Shown in pieces: positions 31,277 through 42,572 of a stretch of 64,000 bases of DNA; positions within the stretch are counted from its first letter, which is position 1, and the number at the start of each line of letters is the position of its first letter. Made by a program: the position numbers and the translations under genes. Where the stretch lies: positions 632,438 to 696,437 of the forward strand of contig LUZT01000006.1 in the NCBI GenBank assembly GCA_001602925.1. The letters run 5' to 3'. This DNA is from Chlorobiales bacterium Clorobi_01. Lineage in GTDB: Bacteria; Bacteroidota; Chlorobiia; Chlorobiales; Chlorobiaceae. The notes under the pieces were generated by a model. It was not told the origin of the DNA. It saw only the letters and a program-made list of their open reading frames with translations, and ran no database searches.

Positions 31277-31933
31277 ATGTTCACTGGCATAGTTAAGGAT
31301 GTTGGAGCCATCGCTGCTTCGGCGCGGCAGGGGAGCGGGATGCGGCTGAAGGTTCGCTACACTTCTGAGGCGGAGTTCGGCGATCTCGCTATCGATGAGA
31401 GCGTGAGCATCAACGGTGCTTGCCAGACGGCGGTGGCGACGGGTCCGGGGTGGTTCGAGGTTGATACCGTGGCCGAGACGCTCAAGAAGACGACGCTTGG
31501 CTCGTTCCGTCCGGGTACGAAGGTCAATCTCGAACGGGCCGTGCGGCCGATGGATCGGCTTGGCGGGCACTTCGTGCTGGGCCACGTCGATGGCGTCGGG
31601 CGGGTGTTGCGCATCGAGGAGGTTGGCGGCAGCCGGATGATTTCGGTGGCGTTCGACTCGCGCTTCGATGCGTGGATCGTCTCTGCCGGTTCCATCGCCA
31701 TCGACGGCGTCAGCCTCACCGTGGCGTCGGTCGAGCCGGGCCAGTTTACGGTGGCGATCATTCCCTACACCTTTGGCCACACCACCATCACCGGCCTCGC
31801 CACCGGCAGCGAGGTGAACCTCGAATTCGACATTCTCGGCAAGTACGTCGCCCGGCAGCACTCCGCCGCCGCGCCGTCCGGGCAACCGAGCCGCATCACC
31901 GAATCGTGGCTCAGCGGTCAGGGGTTCGCATGA
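31277..31933 (+). CDS. ribE: Riboflavin synthase alpha chain
   Basis: MFTGIV N-terminus, [39 protein letters not shown]. Confidence 0.97.
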   Translation: MFTGIVKDVGAIAASARQGSGMRLKVRYTSEAEFGDLAIDESVSINGACQTAVATGPGWFEVDTVAETLKKTTLGSFRPGTKVNLERAVRPMDRLGGHFVLGHVDGVGRVLRIEEVGGSRMISVAFDSRFDAWIVSAGSIAIDGVSLTVASVEPGQFTVAIIPYTFGHTTITGLATGSEVNLEFDILGKYVARQHSAAAPSGQPSRITESWLSGQGFA

Positions 31934-33288
31934 CGCCGGACGAACACGCGCAATCCGACCTGTTCGGCTACTCCGATCCGGGACGCTCGTCCGGCAAAGG
32001 TGGCGCGTTCCAGCCGCTCGCCGAACGGGTGCGCCCGCGCTCGATTGACGAACTGTTCGGCCAGGAGCACCTTGTCGGCCCCGGTGGGCCGGTCAGGAGC
32101 TACCTCGAACAGGGGCGGATTCCCTCGATGATCTTTTGGGGGCCGCCCGGCTCCGGCAAGACCACACTCGCCGAAATCTGCGCCGGATCGCTGAACTACC
32201 GCTTCGAGCAGCTCTCGGCCACCGACGCGGGCGTGAAGGATGTGCGCCGCGTGCTCGAAGTCGCCCAGAAAAGCCGCTCCATCGACGGGCGGCAGATGCT
32301 GCTTTTCATCGACGAAATCCACCGCTTCAACAAGGCGCAGCAGGACACGCTGCTGCACGCCATCGAGCAGGGGCTCATCGTGCTGATCGGTGCGACCACC
32401 GAGAACCCGTCGTTCGAGGTGAACCGCGCGCTGCTCTCGCGGATGCAGGTCTATATCCTCAACCCGCTCAGCGAAGCCGAGGTGCGGCGCGTCGTCGAGC
32501 GGGCCATCGGGAGCGACCCGCAGCTCGCCGCCGCCGGAGTCGAGGTGCGCGACATGGAGTTCCTGCTCGCCTACGCGGCGGGCGACGCGCGAAAGGCGCT
32601 CAACGCGCTCGAAGTCGCCCTGTCGCTTGCGCCGCGCGGAACCGCGCCGGTGGTGATCGACCGCAAGCTGCTCGAACAGGCGCTCCAGCACCGCGCTCCG
32701 GCCTACGACAAGGGCGGCGAGGCGCACTACGACACGGTGTCGGCTTTCATCAAATCGATGCGCGGCTCCGACCCCGACGCAGCGCTTTTCTGGATGGCGA
32801 AGATGATCGACGGCGGCGAAGACCCGAAGTTCATCGCCCGGCGCATGGTGATCTTCGCCAGCGAGGACATCGGCAACGCCGACCCCTACGCGCTCACGCT
32901 TGCGGTCTCGGTTTTCCACGCCGTTGAGCTGATCGGCTTGCCCGAAGCGCGCATCAACCTCGCGCAGGGCGCGACCTACCTGGCCTCATGCCCGAAATCG
33001 AACGCGAGCTACGAGGGCATCGGCGAAGCGCTGTCGGATGTCAAAAAGGGCGCCGCCAACGCCGTACCGCCGCTCTACCTGCGCAACGCTCCGACCGACC
33101 TGATGAAAGAGATCGGCTACGGCAAAGGCTACCGCTACCCCCACAGCTACCCCGGCCACTTCGTCGAAGAGCACTACTTCCCCGAACAGATGGAGCCAAA
33201 AGCCTACTATCGCCCCACCGGCGAAGGCCGCGAAAAGTTCATCCGTGAACGGCTGGAGGGGTTGTGGAAGGATCGGTATGGGGAGTGA
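31930..33288 (+). CDS. rarA: Replication-associated recombination protein A
   Basis: [42 protein letters not shown]; ATG overlaps the ribE stop. Confidence 0.97.
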   Translation: MTPDEHAQSDLFGYSDPGRSSGKGGAFQPLAERVRPRSIDELFGQEHLVGPGGPVRSYLEQGRIPSMIFWGPPGSGKTTLAEICAGSLNYRFEQLSATDAGVKDVRRVLEVAQKSRSIDGRQMLLFIDEIHRFNKAQQDTLLHAIEQGLIVLIGATTENPSFEVNRALLSRMQVYILNPLSEAEVRRVVERAIGSDPQLAAAGVEVRDMEFLLAYAAGDARKALNALEVALSLAPRGTAPVVIDRKLLEQALQHRAPAYDKGGEAHYDTVSAFIKSMRGSDPDAALFWMAKMIDGGEDPKFIARRMVIFASEDIGNADPYALTLAVSVFHAVELIGLPEARINLAQGATYLASCPKSNASYEGIGEALSDVKKGAANAVPPLYLRNAPTDLMKEIGYGKGYRYPHSYPGHFVEEHYFPEQMEPKAYYRPTGEGREKFIRERLEGLWKDRYGE

Positions 33289-33348
33289 TTGCATCACGCC
33301 GGAGGCGGTGGTATATTTGGAGCACCTCACAACAAACAGAATGCCGTC

Positions 33349-34731
33349 ATGAACCTGCACAGAATAATCGCGCTTCTCGTTCTCTTTTTCGTATGCTCGA
33401 CTCCCGTCCACGCTGCGGACGGAACGGAGCCGACGGCAAAGCCGCCGCTCGTCATCAGCCTTGACGATGCGGTGCGGATCGGGGAGCAGCATAACCGGGA
33501 GCTGGAGATTGCGCGGCTGGACAAACTGATGGCAAGGCAGAAGGTTCGGGAGTCTTGGGCGGAGGTGCTGCCGCATCTTTCGTCGAGCCTGACTTACACC
33601 CGCACGCTGAAGCCGTCGGTGCTGTTCCTGCCGTCGAGCATTTTTGGCGGCACGGGAGGTACGCAAGCAATCGAAATCAGTTCGGACAATTCATCCATCG
33701 CGTCGCTCAATCTCAGCCAGAACATCTTCAAGCTCTCGGCCTTCGCGGGCATCAAGGCTTCCGGGCTGGTGCGCCAGATCAGTGACCAGTCTTTTCGCAA
33801 TACCAACGCCGGAGTGGTGACTTCGATTCGCCGCGCCTATTACGATGTGCTCATCGCCGCCGAAAAGCGCAAGCTGGTCGAGCAGAGCATCGCCCGCTGG
33901 GAGGAGGCTCGCAAGGATACGAACGCGCTCTTCAGGCAGGGGGTGGCGGCGGACATCGATACGCTCAAGGCGTGGCTGTCGGTCGAGAATCTCAGGCCTG
34001 ACCTGATTCGCGCGCAGAACAACGAAGCGATTACGGCGACCAATCTGAAGCGGGTGATGGGCATCGATCAGGAGACGCCGCTGACCCTGACGAGTACGTT
34101 GACATTCCACGAAATCGAAATGCCGAAAAGCGTGGCGGCAGCATACAGCGAAGCGCTCGACAAGCGTCCGGATGTGCGGAGCCTCTCGCTTCAGGCAGAA
34201 GCCGAGAACGCGAAGGTGATGGCCGCCCGATCCGAGGGGCTGCCGGTGCTGAGCGCTTTCGGGCAGCTCGAAGCGCAGACGCAGTTCAACGACAACATGC
34301 CGCTCGACTCGACGCGCTGGCCTGTTTCATCGACGGCGGGCTTGCAGCTTTCGGTGCCGATTTTCTCCGGCTTCGCTACGAGTGCGAGGATTCAACAGGC
34401 GAAGATTACGCGCTTGCAGACCCGCACAAGGTACGAAGACCTGAAGTCGCAGGTCAGGGCCGACGTCGAGGTGCGCCTCTCGAACGTCGTCGAAGCCCGC
34501 AAACGCATTGACGTCCAGTCGAAAACCATCGCGGTTGCCGAACGCAGTTATAAAATTACCATGCTGCGCCTGCGCGAAGGCATTGGCTCGCGCCTCGAAC
34601 TCACCGACGCCGAGTTGCAGCTCGATACCGCCAAAACCAACTACCTGCAAGCGGTGTACGACTATCTTGTCGCATCGGCGGAGCTTGAAAAATCACTGGG
34701 AAGGATCGAGCCGGTCGAGTCGAAGATGTGA
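33349..34731 (+). CDS. TolC family outer-membrane efflux protein
   Basis: Signal peptide; OEP repeats; YKITMLRLREGIGSRLELTDAE...YDYLVASAELEKSLG. Confidence 0.9.
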   Translation: MNLHRIIALLVLFFVCSTPVHAADGTEPTAKPPLVISLDDAVRIGEQHNRELEIARLDKLMARQKVRESWAEVLPHLSSSLTYTRTLKPSVLFLPSSIFGGTGGTQAIEISSDNSSIASLNLSQNIFKLSAFAGIKASGLVRQISDQSFRNTNAGVVTSIRRAYYDVLIAAEKRKLVEQSIARWEEARKDTNALFRQGVAADIDTLKAWLSVENLRPDLIRAQNNEAITATNLKRVMGIDQETPLTLTSTLTFHEIEMPKSVAAAYSEALDKRPDVRSLSLQAEAENAKVMAARSEGLPVLSAFGQLEAQTQFNDNMPLDSTRWPVSSTAGLQLSVPIFSGFATSARIQQAKITRLQTRTRYEDLKSQVRADVEVRLSNVVEARKRIDVQSKTIAVAERSYKITMLRLREGIGSRLELTDAELQLDTAKTNYLQAVYDYLVASAELEKSLGRIEPVESKM

Positions 34732-34813
34732 GTGGCGATGAGCTGAAATCGAGATCGAAATCGTTTATTTCTTCAGGGCAGCCCCTTTGCGGCTGCCCTT
34801 TGCATTGCGGCGA

Positions 34814-35752
34814 TTATTTTTTCATTCTGACCGCGCGGACGATCATGCTTGACGCTCGTTTCGGATCACGTCCCGTTGCGAGTGACTCGGCTGCCCGAAA
34901 TACTGCCCGAGCGATCCCGTCGCTACCGAACGGTTTTCCGTTGATCGAGCGCTCCAGCTTTTCGCTGTACCAGACGTTGTAGAGCGTGTCGGGTATCCAT
35001 CGCACGATGTCAATCACCGAGAGGCCATGCTTTTCGAGCAGCTTCCTGAGCGTGTCGGGCGAGAAGTGGTAGAGGTGGCGCGGAGCGTCGAGGGCGATCC
35101 AGTTGGGGCCGTAGCGGCGGGCGTCGAGGCTTTCGATGTTGGGCACGGCGATGACGATCTGGCCGTCTGGCGTCAGCAGCTCGCGGGCTTGGTCGAGCGC
35201 TTCGCCGATGCGGTGCAGGTGTTCGAGCGCATGCCAGAAGATGATCCGGTCGAATCGGCGGCTGTCGAAATCCGCGTCGCGCAGGTCGGGTTCTGAAATT
35301 CCGAGTCCGGCGCGTCTTGCCGTGGATGCGGCTTGCCGGTCGCTTTCAATACCGTACAGGTTTGTCAGGGGCACTCCGAAATCACGGTGAATTCGCAAGA
35401 GCAGCTTGCCTGTCGAGCAGCCAACTTCGAGGATATGCACCAATTTCGCTGGTTTATCGACTCTTTTCATTACGATTTTCGCTTTTCCGCCAAGCAGCAA
35501 AGACGCGACGGAAAGGTAAGCGCGGTCACGAAGGGTGTGGGCGTTTTCGTCGTGAAGAAAAGGATCGTAGGCTTCTGCAGGGTAGTGGGCTGCCATCTCA
35601 TCCGGACCGGGCCGTGGGTTGAGCATGACGAGGCCGGATGCCGATGATTGCACGAGTTGCCAAGGCTCGCCGTGCAGGTTAAAGCGGTCGGGGGCTTGCA
35701 GGAAGGGGGTGAACTCCCTGCTTCCGGTGATTGGGCAGGGGACGGTTTCCAT
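34814..35752 (-). CDS. Class I SAM-dependent methyltransferase
   Basis: ILEVGCSTG, FDRIIFWHALEH, PDGQIVIAVPN, PRHLYHFS. Confidence 0.9.
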   Translation of the reverse strand: METVPCPITGSREFTPFLQAPDRFNLHGEPWQLVQSSASGLVMLNPRPGPDEMAAHYPAEAYDPFLHDENAHTLRDRAYLSVASLLLGGKAKIVMKRVDKPAKLVHILEVGCSTGKLLLRIHRDFGVPLTNLYGIESDRQAASTARRAGLGISEPDLRDADFDSRRFDRIIFWHALEHLHRIGEALDQARELLTPDGQIVIAVPNIESLDARRYGPNWIALDAPRHLYHFSPDTLRKLLEKHGLSVIDIVRWIPDTLYNVWYSEKLERSINGKPFGSDGIARAVFRAAESLATGRDPKRASSMIVRAVRMKK

Positions 35753-35761
35753 TTTCCGGAA

Positions 35762-36286
35762 CTACGGCTTTTTCGGTTCGCTTTGAAGCTTCTTGATCGC
35801 CTCGCGGAGCTGGATGTAGGTCTGGCGCAGGTCGTTCGAGAGCACCTTGGTTTCGCCGAGCACCGGCATGAAGTTGGTGTCGCCCTCCCATCGGGGTACG
35901 ATGTGGAAGTGAATGTGCTCGTCGATGCTGCCTCCCGCAACCCGCCCGAGGTTCGCGCCGAAGTTGAACCCGTGCGGTTTGATGGTCATTTTCAGCGCCT
36001 CCATGCAGAGGTTGGCCATGTTGAAAATCTCGACCATCGTTTTTTCATCCAGATCGCCGAACTCGGGAGTCTGAAGGTAGGGGATGACCATGAGATGGCC
36101 GCAATTGTACGGGTAGAGGTTCAGAATGGCGAAGCAGTATTCGCCGCGGCAGAGCACGTAGCGCTCCTCGTCCTGTTCGGGCGGAATGTCGGCGAATACC
36201 GATTTGCCCTCCTCCGGAGCCGGAGGCTTTTCTTCCTTGAACGACTGCATGTAGACGTCGCGCCACGGAGAGTACATTCTTTGCAT
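35762..36286 (-). CDS. HIT family hydrolase (Ap4A phosphorylase-like)
   Basis: LNLYPYNCGHLMVIP, HIHFHIVPRW histidine triad. Confidence 0.95.
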   Translation of the reverse strand: MQRMYSPWRDVYMQSFKEEKPPAPEEGKSVFADIPPEQDEERYVLCRGEYCFAILNLYPYNCGHLMVIPYLQTPEFGDLDEKTMVEIFNMANLCMEALKMTIKPHGFNFGANLGRVAGGSIDEHIHFHIVPRWEGDTNFMPVLGETKVLSNDLRQTYIQLREAIKKLQSEPKKP

Positions 36287-36427
36287 AGGGAATTTCTGCT
36301 AATCTGTTGCGCTATCCGATTGATGCGTTTATCCCGCCAAGTCGGGACAGTGATGATTATGAGAGTTTCCGGGAATGCCCTGGTGGCAGGGAAAAGAGAT
36401 GCATTGAAAGACCGGAATGCCGTTGTG

Positions 36428-36511
36428 TACCAAAGGTGGGACTCGAACCCACACGAGCTTGCGCCCACTGGATTTTGAGTCCAGCGCGTCTACCAGTTCC
36501 GCCACTTTGGC
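36428..36511 (-). tRNA. tRNA-Leu(CAA)
   Basis: Minus-strand anticodon arm CTGGA-CT-CAA-AA-TCCAG; long variable arm. Confidence 0.97.
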
Positions 36512-36536
36512 ATGAGCCCAATGAACAAATGAACAG

Positions 36537-36618
36537 TGCGAGAGAAGGGACTCGAACCCTTACGCCTCACGGCACTAGTTCCTAAGACTAGCGTGTATAC
36601 CAATTTCACCACTCTCGC
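36537..36618 (-). tRNA. tRNA-Leu(TAG)
   Basis: Minus-strand anticodon arm CTAGT-CT-TAG-GA-ACTAG; long variable arm. Confidence 0.97.
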
Positions 36619-36937
36619 TCAATGAAGCGCTAATATACGTGGTTTCCGGATATTATAAAGATTTTGATCGAATTTTCCCGATTTTGTCCCGATGAGGGAA
36701 AAAATCCTTTTGGATGCGATTCCAGCCAAAACCGGGATCGCTACCAAAACAGATTTGCCTGGTTTTAGATGGCGATTTCGAGACCGTGAATCTGCGAATC
36801 AATGCCTGCAAAAGCCGAGGCAGGAGCGGGTTCGCTTCGGCGTTCTCCTGTTTTCGGTTTCTCAGGGAAAGGATTATCTTCATTAGCGCCTGAAATGCGC
36901 CATCTGGATCATTCACCGTCATTTTGCCTGGTTTTCA

Positions 36938-37531
36938 ATGCAGCTCGATACACGCCGGTTCGCTTCTCTGGTCTCATGGATCATCAGTCCTGTCGTTGTG
37001 GCCCCGGCAGTCTATCTGCTTATCGTTCTGTATCGTTATTCGGCTAAATCCAGTCATCTCGACTGGTTTATGGTGCTGTTTCTTTCGGCCACGATTGTTC
37101 CGATGTTCCTGATTTACGGACTCAAGAAGATCGGCCGGGTTTCGGATTACAACATCAGTTTCCGGGAACAGCGATTCCTGCCCTTGCTCGTGCTGGTTGG
37201 CGTAAACCTGATCGGCTATGAGCTGATGAAGCAGCTCGGCGCACCCCGGTTTCTCTCCGCGATTCTGCTTTTCAACGCAGTCAACACGGTGTTCATCCTG
37301 CTGGTGACGCTTCAGTGGAAAATCAGCATCCATCTTTTTTCTCTTACCTCTTCGATTGCGCTTCTGGCACTCTCCTTCGGGCTGCCCGCGCTTGTGCTGC
37401 TCTGTTTCGTGCCGCTTCTGATGTGGTCGCGCATTTATCTCAAGGCCCATAACTTTATGCAGACGCTTGTTGGCAGCATCATCGGTTTTCTGCTGATGTA
37501 CGGTGAATTCAAATGGTGGCTTGCACTGTGA
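36938..37531 (+). CDS. PAP2-like integral membrane protein
   Basis: Multiple TM helices; WKISIH...WSRIYLKAHNFMQ resembles PAP2 C2/C3 motifs. Confidence 0.7.
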   Translation: MQLDTRRFASLVSWIISPVVVAPAVYLLIVLYRYSAKSSHLDWFMVLFLSATIVPMFLIYGLKKIGRVSDYNISFREQRFLPLLVLVGVNLIGYELMKQLGAPRFLSAILLFNAVNTVFILLVTLQWKISIHLFSLTSSIALLALSFGLPALVLLCFVPLLMWSRIYLKAHNFMQTLVGSIIGFLLMYGEFKWWLAL

Positions 37532-38580
37532 GTAAACGGCGTTACAGCGTGGTGCTGGTCACCTACGGTGAGGTCGAGAAGCTTACCGTTCGTGAACTCT
37601 GGCCAAGTTCGCGGAAAATTATTCACGTTCTTACCCGTCAGATTATTCGCCTTCCGAAATTGTTGATCTACATGCTTGCTGACTACCGTTCGTCGAAGCA
37701 CTACCTCGACTGGAAGCTGCATCGTTATCGGTCTCGACTGGTAGAGATCAACCGCAAACAGGCTCTCGGTGTGAAAGACGCGTTGCAGCGCAATCCGCGA
37801 GTTGCCGGAGAGGGTGATGAAATCGAGGTGGCTGACGCATACTATTTCGTTCATCCTTGGCTCGAAGAGGTGCTCGAACATGTGGGCAATCGTGCTGACG
37901 GTATCGTCGTTGTGCCGATGATTCCGGTTGAATCGGCCTTTTCCTGCGGCCCGGCGTGCCAGATGGCAATCGATCACTTCGGCGAAAATCATCTCGGGAT
38001 GCTGAGAGTGGTGCGTGGTCTCTGGAAGGACGAAGCCTTGCACCGCCTCTATCTCGATCATCTGTTTGATTCGCTTCCGCCGGAATGGAAAGGGCAGGAA
38101 CGAAAGGAGACGCAGGGACTTGTGCTGGTCATTCACGGCACGATCGTCAAAAATCGCAAAGGTGAAAAGCCCTCCGTTTTTACCGGCCTCGATGAAACGA
38201 TGGAGTTTTTCCGGCTGATGAAAGAAAAAATCATGGCCGATCCCCGCAACGTGTTTCAGGATGTGAAGATTGGATGCCTGAACCACAGCAGAGGGGGAGA
38301 GTGGACACCCGAAACCGTCGAACTGGCGCTCGACGAGTTTGCCCGTGAAGGATTCCGTTCGGTGGCGATGTTTCCTTTCGGCTATTTTGCCGACAACAGC
38401 GAGACCGATTACGAGGCCCAAAAGCTGCTTGACCGTTCGTCCGCCGCCCGGAAGCACTATGTCCCCTGCGTCAACGATTCACCGGTGTTCGCTGGATGGC
38501 TGGCGTCGAGGATCGTTGACGAGATCGAGGTGCTCGACGTCCAGCGCGAGGTTTTCGGCGATGGCCCGTCAAGGAAATGA
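37528..38580 (+). CDS. Ferrochelatase-like (class II chelatase) protein
   Basis: LVIHG (catalytic His region), FPFGYFADNSETDYE, YVPCVNDSPVF; GTG overlaps the upstream stop. Confidence 0.75.
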   Translation: MSKRRYSVVLVTYGEVEKLTVRELWPSSRKIIHVLTRQIIRLPKLLIYMLADYRSSKHYLDWKLHRYRSRLVEINRKQALGVKDALQRNPRVAGEGDEIEVADAYYFVHPWLEEVLEHVGNRADGIVVVPMIPVESAFSCGPACQMAIDHFGENHLGMLRVVRGLWKDEALHRLYLDHLFDSLPPEWKGQERKETQGLVLVIHGTIVKNRKGEKPSVFTGLDETMEFFRLMKEKIMADPRNVFQDVKIGCLNHSRGGEWTPETVELALDEFAREGFRSVAMFPFGYFADNSETDYEAQKLLDRSSAARKHYVPCVNDSPVFAGWLASRIVDEIEVLDVQREVFGDGPSRK

Positions 38581-39185
38581 ACAAACAACAGCAGAGCATG
38601 AATACCAATAGATCCGCTCAGGAGATGAGCGAAACGTCGCCGGAGTACGAGCAGAAGTACCGGCAGGCGCTTGATTGTATCGAGAATCAGGAATACGGCC
38701 AGGCGATTTCGATACTCGATGAGCTTGCTGGCCCGGTGTCGCGCGACGCGAAGGTGCGCTATGCGCGCGCGGTGGCGTTGCTCTCCAACGGGGAGTACCG
38801 GCGCGCGGGCACTGACCTTGCGTTCACGGTTGCGCTCGACCGGTCGAATCTTGAGGCGTACCGGCATCTCGGTTTCGTTCTGCTGACCATGGGCAAGGAG
38901 GACGCGGCCATCAAGGTGCTCGAAGAGGCGTTGCGTCTCGATCCCCGTTTCGTGGAGGCGTGGTGCGTGCTGGCCGATGTCCACATGGATCTCGGTGAGC
39001 ACGACAAGGCGCTCGACGCGCTCGACAGGGCGCACGAGCTTCAGCCCGGCAATGTCGAGGTGCACTGCAAGCTGGCCATGTATTATATGTCGCGGGGAGA
39101 CATGCGCGGTCTTCGAGCCGAGTACGAGGTGCTTAGGGAGATCGAGCCGGACGTGGCTGCCCAGATTGCCGAGCTGCTGCCGTGA
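38577..39185 (+). CDS. Tetratricopeptide repeat protein
   Basis: Repeats such as AYRHLGFVLLTMGKEDAAIKVLEEALRLDP. Confidence 0.92.
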   Translation: MNKQQQSMNTNRSAQEMSETSPEYEQKYRQALDCIENQEYGQAISILDELAGPVSRDAKVRYARAVALLSNGEYRRAGTDLAFTVALDRSNLEAYRHLGFVLLTMGKEDAAIKVLEEALRLDPRFVEAWCVLADVHMDLGEHDKALDALDRAHELQPGNVEVHCKLAMYYMSRGDMRGLRAEYEVLREIEPDVAAQIAELLP

Positions 39186-39240
39186 TGTATGGTAAATAAT
39201 ATGGCAGAGTCTTGAACTCACTCAAAACAATCAGATTGCG

Positions 39241-39492
39241 ATGAAACTGTTTCCGGACGAAGACAAAAAAAAGAATTTCATGAAAGGGGGGCTTCCGGTC
39301 GTTCTGGCGGTTGTCTGGACGCCCATAATCTGGATGGTTCTGGCGGCCTTTCTCGGGCCCGCGATGGAACGGGTCATCGGCGTATGGCAGGTGAATGTTG
39401 CTATACTCGCCGTTGCTACACTGTTGGCAATGGTTGCGCTGATCCGGCTGTTCAAAATGCTCGGGTTAAAAATATTTGACAAGATTGGTTGA
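39241..39492 (+). CDS. Small hypothetical membrane protein
   Basis: 83 aa with two TM helices. Confidence 0.7.
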   Translation: MKLFPDEDKKKNFMKGGLPVVLAVVWTPIIWMVLAAFLGPAMERVIGVWQVNVAILAVATLLAMVALIRLFKMLGLKIFDKIG

Positions 39493-39709
39493 TTTTTTAA
39501 TAAAGATCATTTATTTGTCGCCTTTGCTTTAAAAAATTTTGGATCAGGTGAATTTTGCGATATTCGGTCTGCCCTGAAAAAATCAGCTTTTTATCTGAAG
39601 ATTGAGAAGATTTTTTTATATTGGCGGCACCTGATTTAGCGGCCCTTCAAGCCTGTCAGAGAAAAGGGAACTTGTTACTCCCTTTACCAATAAAGTCAAA
39701 CAACAGAAC

Positions 39710-40141
39710 ATGGATCAGACGTTAAGCGGTTTCGGTACCGTATTCGTGTTTCTCGTACTCGGTATTGTGTTCGTCGTGGGTGGTTACCTGACGGCGAGAA
39801 TGCTCAGGCCGAGCAGACCCAACCCCGAAAAGAATTCTACCTACGAGTGCGGCGAGCCTGCTGTCGGCAGCGCCTGGGTCAAGTTCAATATCCGCTTTTA
39901 TGTCGTTGCCCTCATTTTTATCATTTTCGACGTTGAAGTCGTTTTCCTCTATCCCTGGGCTACTGTTTTCAAACAGCTTGGTACTTTCGCGTTGGTCGAA
40001 GTGCTGATTTTCGCCGGTATTCTTGTACTCGGACTTGTCTATGCCTGGGTCAAGGGTGACCTCGACTGGGTTCGCCCGACTCCGAATATCCCGAAAATGC
40101 CGGAGATGCCTGCTCGTCGCTCCGGCAAGGCGAACGGATAA
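39710..40141 (+). CDS. nuoA: NADH-quinone oxidoreductase subunit A
   Basis: [29 protein letters not shown]. Confidence 0.97.
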   Translation: MDQTLSGFGTVFVFLVLGIVFVVGGYLTARMLRPSRPNPEKNSTYECGEPAVGSAWVKFNIRFYVVALIFIIFDVEVVFLYPWATVFKQLGTFALVEVLIFAGILVLGLVYAWVKGDLDWVRPTPNIPKMPEMPARRSGKANG

Positions 40142-40168
40142 TCTTTCAATCATCATCGATTTTACGCT

Positions 40169-40738
40169 ATGGGTTTGCTTGACGCCAGAATATCGAACCG
40201 CAACGTGCTGGTGACTTCGGTTGACAACGTGATGAACTGGGCTCGCCTCTCCTCCCTTTGGCCGATGGGTTTTGGTCTGGCCTGCTGCGCTATCGAGATG
40301 ATGGCCACCAACGCTTCGAACTACGATCTCGAACGTTTCGGTATTTTTCCTCGTTCGTCGCCCCGCCAGTCTGACCTCATGATTGTGGCCGGAACGGTCA
40401 CCATGAAGATGGCCGAGAGGGTGGTGACGCTTTACGAACAGATGCCCGAACCGCGCTATGTGCTGTCGATGGGAAGCTGCTCGAACTGCGGTGGTCCCTA
40501 CTGGAATCATGGTTACCATGTGCTCAAGGGTGTTGATCGTGTCATTCCTGTCGATGTGTACGTTCCCGGCTGTCCTCCGCGCCCCGAGGCGCTGATCGGC
40601 GGCCTGATGAAAATCCAGGAGCTGATCCGGATGGAGGGACTTGGCATTTCTCGCCAGGATGCCCTGAAGAAGCTTGCCGAAAAGAGTGTTGATCCGCAGC
40701 AGGTGATCGACCAGGTTCGCAAGTCGGCTACGGCATAA
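40169..40738 (+). CDS. nuoB: NADH-quinone oxidoreductase subunit B
   Basis: [29 protein letters not shown]. Confidence 0.98.
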   Translation: MGLLDARISNRNVLVTSVDNVMNWARLSSLWPMGFGLACCAIEMMATNASNYDLERFGIFPRSSPRQSDLMIVAGTVTMKMAERVVTLYEQMPEPRYVLSMGSCSNCGGPYWNHGYHVLKGVDRVIPVDVYVPGCPPRPEALIGGLMKIQELIRMEGLGISRQDALKKLAEKSVDPQQVIDQVRKSATA

Positions 40739-40767
40739 CCACTATTATCTATCAAGAGTTCAAGGGA

Positions 40768-41289
40768 ATGGAAGAAGCAGCAAACCAGATGTCGCCAGCG
40801 GTGCAGCAGAGCAAAGCCGCTTATGATAATATAAAGGAGCGATTTGGCGATGCGATATCGGAGTTCGACGCCAATCCGACCATGCCGTTCTTCGAGGTGC
40901 TCGATGTCAGCAGGTGGGTGGACATCGCGCTTTACATGCGCGACAACTCTCTCCTGCAGTTCAACTACCTTGCCTGCCTGTCGGGCGTGGACTATCCCGA
41001 AGAGCAGAAGCTTGGCATCGTCTGCAATTTTGAGTGCATCGGCAAATACACCCACAAGATTGCCGTCAAGGTCAAGTGTCCGCGCGATGGCGGCTCGATT
41101 CCGTCGGTATCGTGCGTATGGCACACCGCGAACTGGCACGAACGCGAAGCCTACGATATGTACGGCATGGTTTTCGAAGGGCACCCCGACCTGCGAAGGA
41201 TCCTCTGTCCGGAAGACTGGACCGGTTTTCCGCTTCGCAAGGATTACCAGGTTCAGGAGACCTATCACGGCATCAAGGTTCCGTACTGA
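40768..41289 (+). CDS. nuoC: NADH-quinone oxidoreductase subunit C
   Basis: ANWHEREAYDMYG, GFPLRKDY. Confidence 0.97.
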   Translation: MEEAANQMSPAVQQSKAAYDNIKERFGDAISEFDANPTMPFFEVLDVSRWVDIALYMRDNSLLQFNYLACLSGVDYPEEQKLGIVCNFECIGKYTHKIAVKVKCPRDGGSIPSVSCVWHTANWHEREAYDMYGMVFEGHPDLRRILCPEDWTGFPLRKDYQVQETYHGIKVPY

Positions 41290-41322
41290 CGCCATAACCC
41301 GTAAACAAGCATTTTCCGAGTC

Positions 41323-42525
41323 ATGCAGGAATTAGGTAAAGCTGAAACGAACTCCACCAGGATCATCCGTCAGGATGACAAGCGCGTCATTATCGAAAAG
41401 GATCTCGATACCGAGTACATGGTGCTCAGCATGGGTCCGCAGCACCCGTCAACGCACGGCGTGCTCCGTCTCGAATGTATTACCGACGGCGAAGTGGTCG
41501 TCGAGGCAGAACCCTATCTCGGCTATCTCCACCGCTGCTTCGAGAAGTATTGCGAAAAGGTTGACTATCCCGCCATTGTGCCCTACACCGACAGGATGGA
41601 CTACCTTGCCGGCATGAACAGCGAGCTGGCTTACTGCATCACCGTCGAGAAGCTGCTCGACATCGAAATTCCCCGCCGTGTCGAATTTATCCGTGTCATC
41701 GTCTCCGAGCTGAACAGGATCGCTTCGCACTTGGTGGCCATCGGCACTTACGCTATCGACCTTGGCGCTTTCACACCGTTCCTCTTCTGCTTCCGCGATC
41801 GAGAGCACATCATGAGCTTGCTCGAATGGATCTCCGGTGCGCGTATGCTCTATAATTATATCTGGATCGGTGGTCTTGCCTATGATGTTCCTGCCGATTT
41901 CAAGACGCGTGTTGCCGAGTTTGTCACCTACTTCAGGCCGAAAGCCAAAGAGTTGTACCAGCTCTTGACAGAGAACGAGATTTTCGTCAAGCGCACGTAC
42001 GACATTGGTATCATGCCTGCCGACGTAGCGATCAACTATGGCTGGAGCGGCCCGATGCTTCGCGGTTCCGGCGTCAAGTGGGATCTGCGCCGCAATGATC
42101 CCTATTCGGTCTATCCCGAACTTGATTTCGATGTTCCGGTGCCGGACGGCAAGTTCTCCGTTGTCGGTGATTGCCTGTCGCGCCATCTGGTTCGCGCGCT
42201 CGAAATGGAGGAGAGTCTCAAAATCATCGAGCAGTGCCTCGACAAAATGCCGGAAGAGCCGAACTTCAACTCGCGGGCGCTTATTCCCAAGAAGATCAGG
42301 CCCAAAGCTGGCGAAGTCTATGGTCGTGCCGAGAATCCCCGCGGAGAGCTTGGCTACTACATCGTCAGCGATGGAAAATCGACCAGCCCGTTGCGTTGCA
42401 AGGCCCGTTCGTCGTGCTTCGTCAACCTGTCGGCGATGAAGGATCTTTCGAAGGGACAGCTGATTCCCGATCTGGTGGCCATCATTGGCAGCATCGATAT
42501 CGTGCTGGGTGAAGTTGACCGCTGA
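41323..42525 (+). CDS. nuoD: NADH-quinone oxidoreductase subunit D
   Basis: [32 protein letters not shown]. Confidence 0.98.
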   Translation: MQELGKAETNSTRIIRQDDKRVIIEKDLDTEYMVLSMGPQHPSTHGVLRLECITDGEVVVEAEPYLGYLHRCFEKYCEKVDYPAIVPYTDRMDYLAGMNSELAYCITVEKLLDIEIPRRVEFIRVIVSELNRIASHLVAIGTYAIDLGAFTPFLFCFRDREHIMSLLEWISGARMLYNYIWIGGLAYDVPADFKTRVAEFVTYFRPKAKELYQLLTENEIFVKRTYDIGIMPADVAINYGWSGPMLRGSGVKWDLRRNDPYSVYPELDFDVPVPDGKFSVVGDCLSRHLVRALEMEESLKIIEQCLDKMPEEPNFNSRALIPKKIRPKAGEVYGRAENPRGELGYYIVSDGKSTSPLRCKARSSCFVNLSAMKDLSKGQLIPDLVAIIGSIDIVLGEVDR

Positions 42526-42572
42526 CCGTTTTCAAGACAACACTTTTATTTCAAGAAGGTTCGCCTGTTGAT

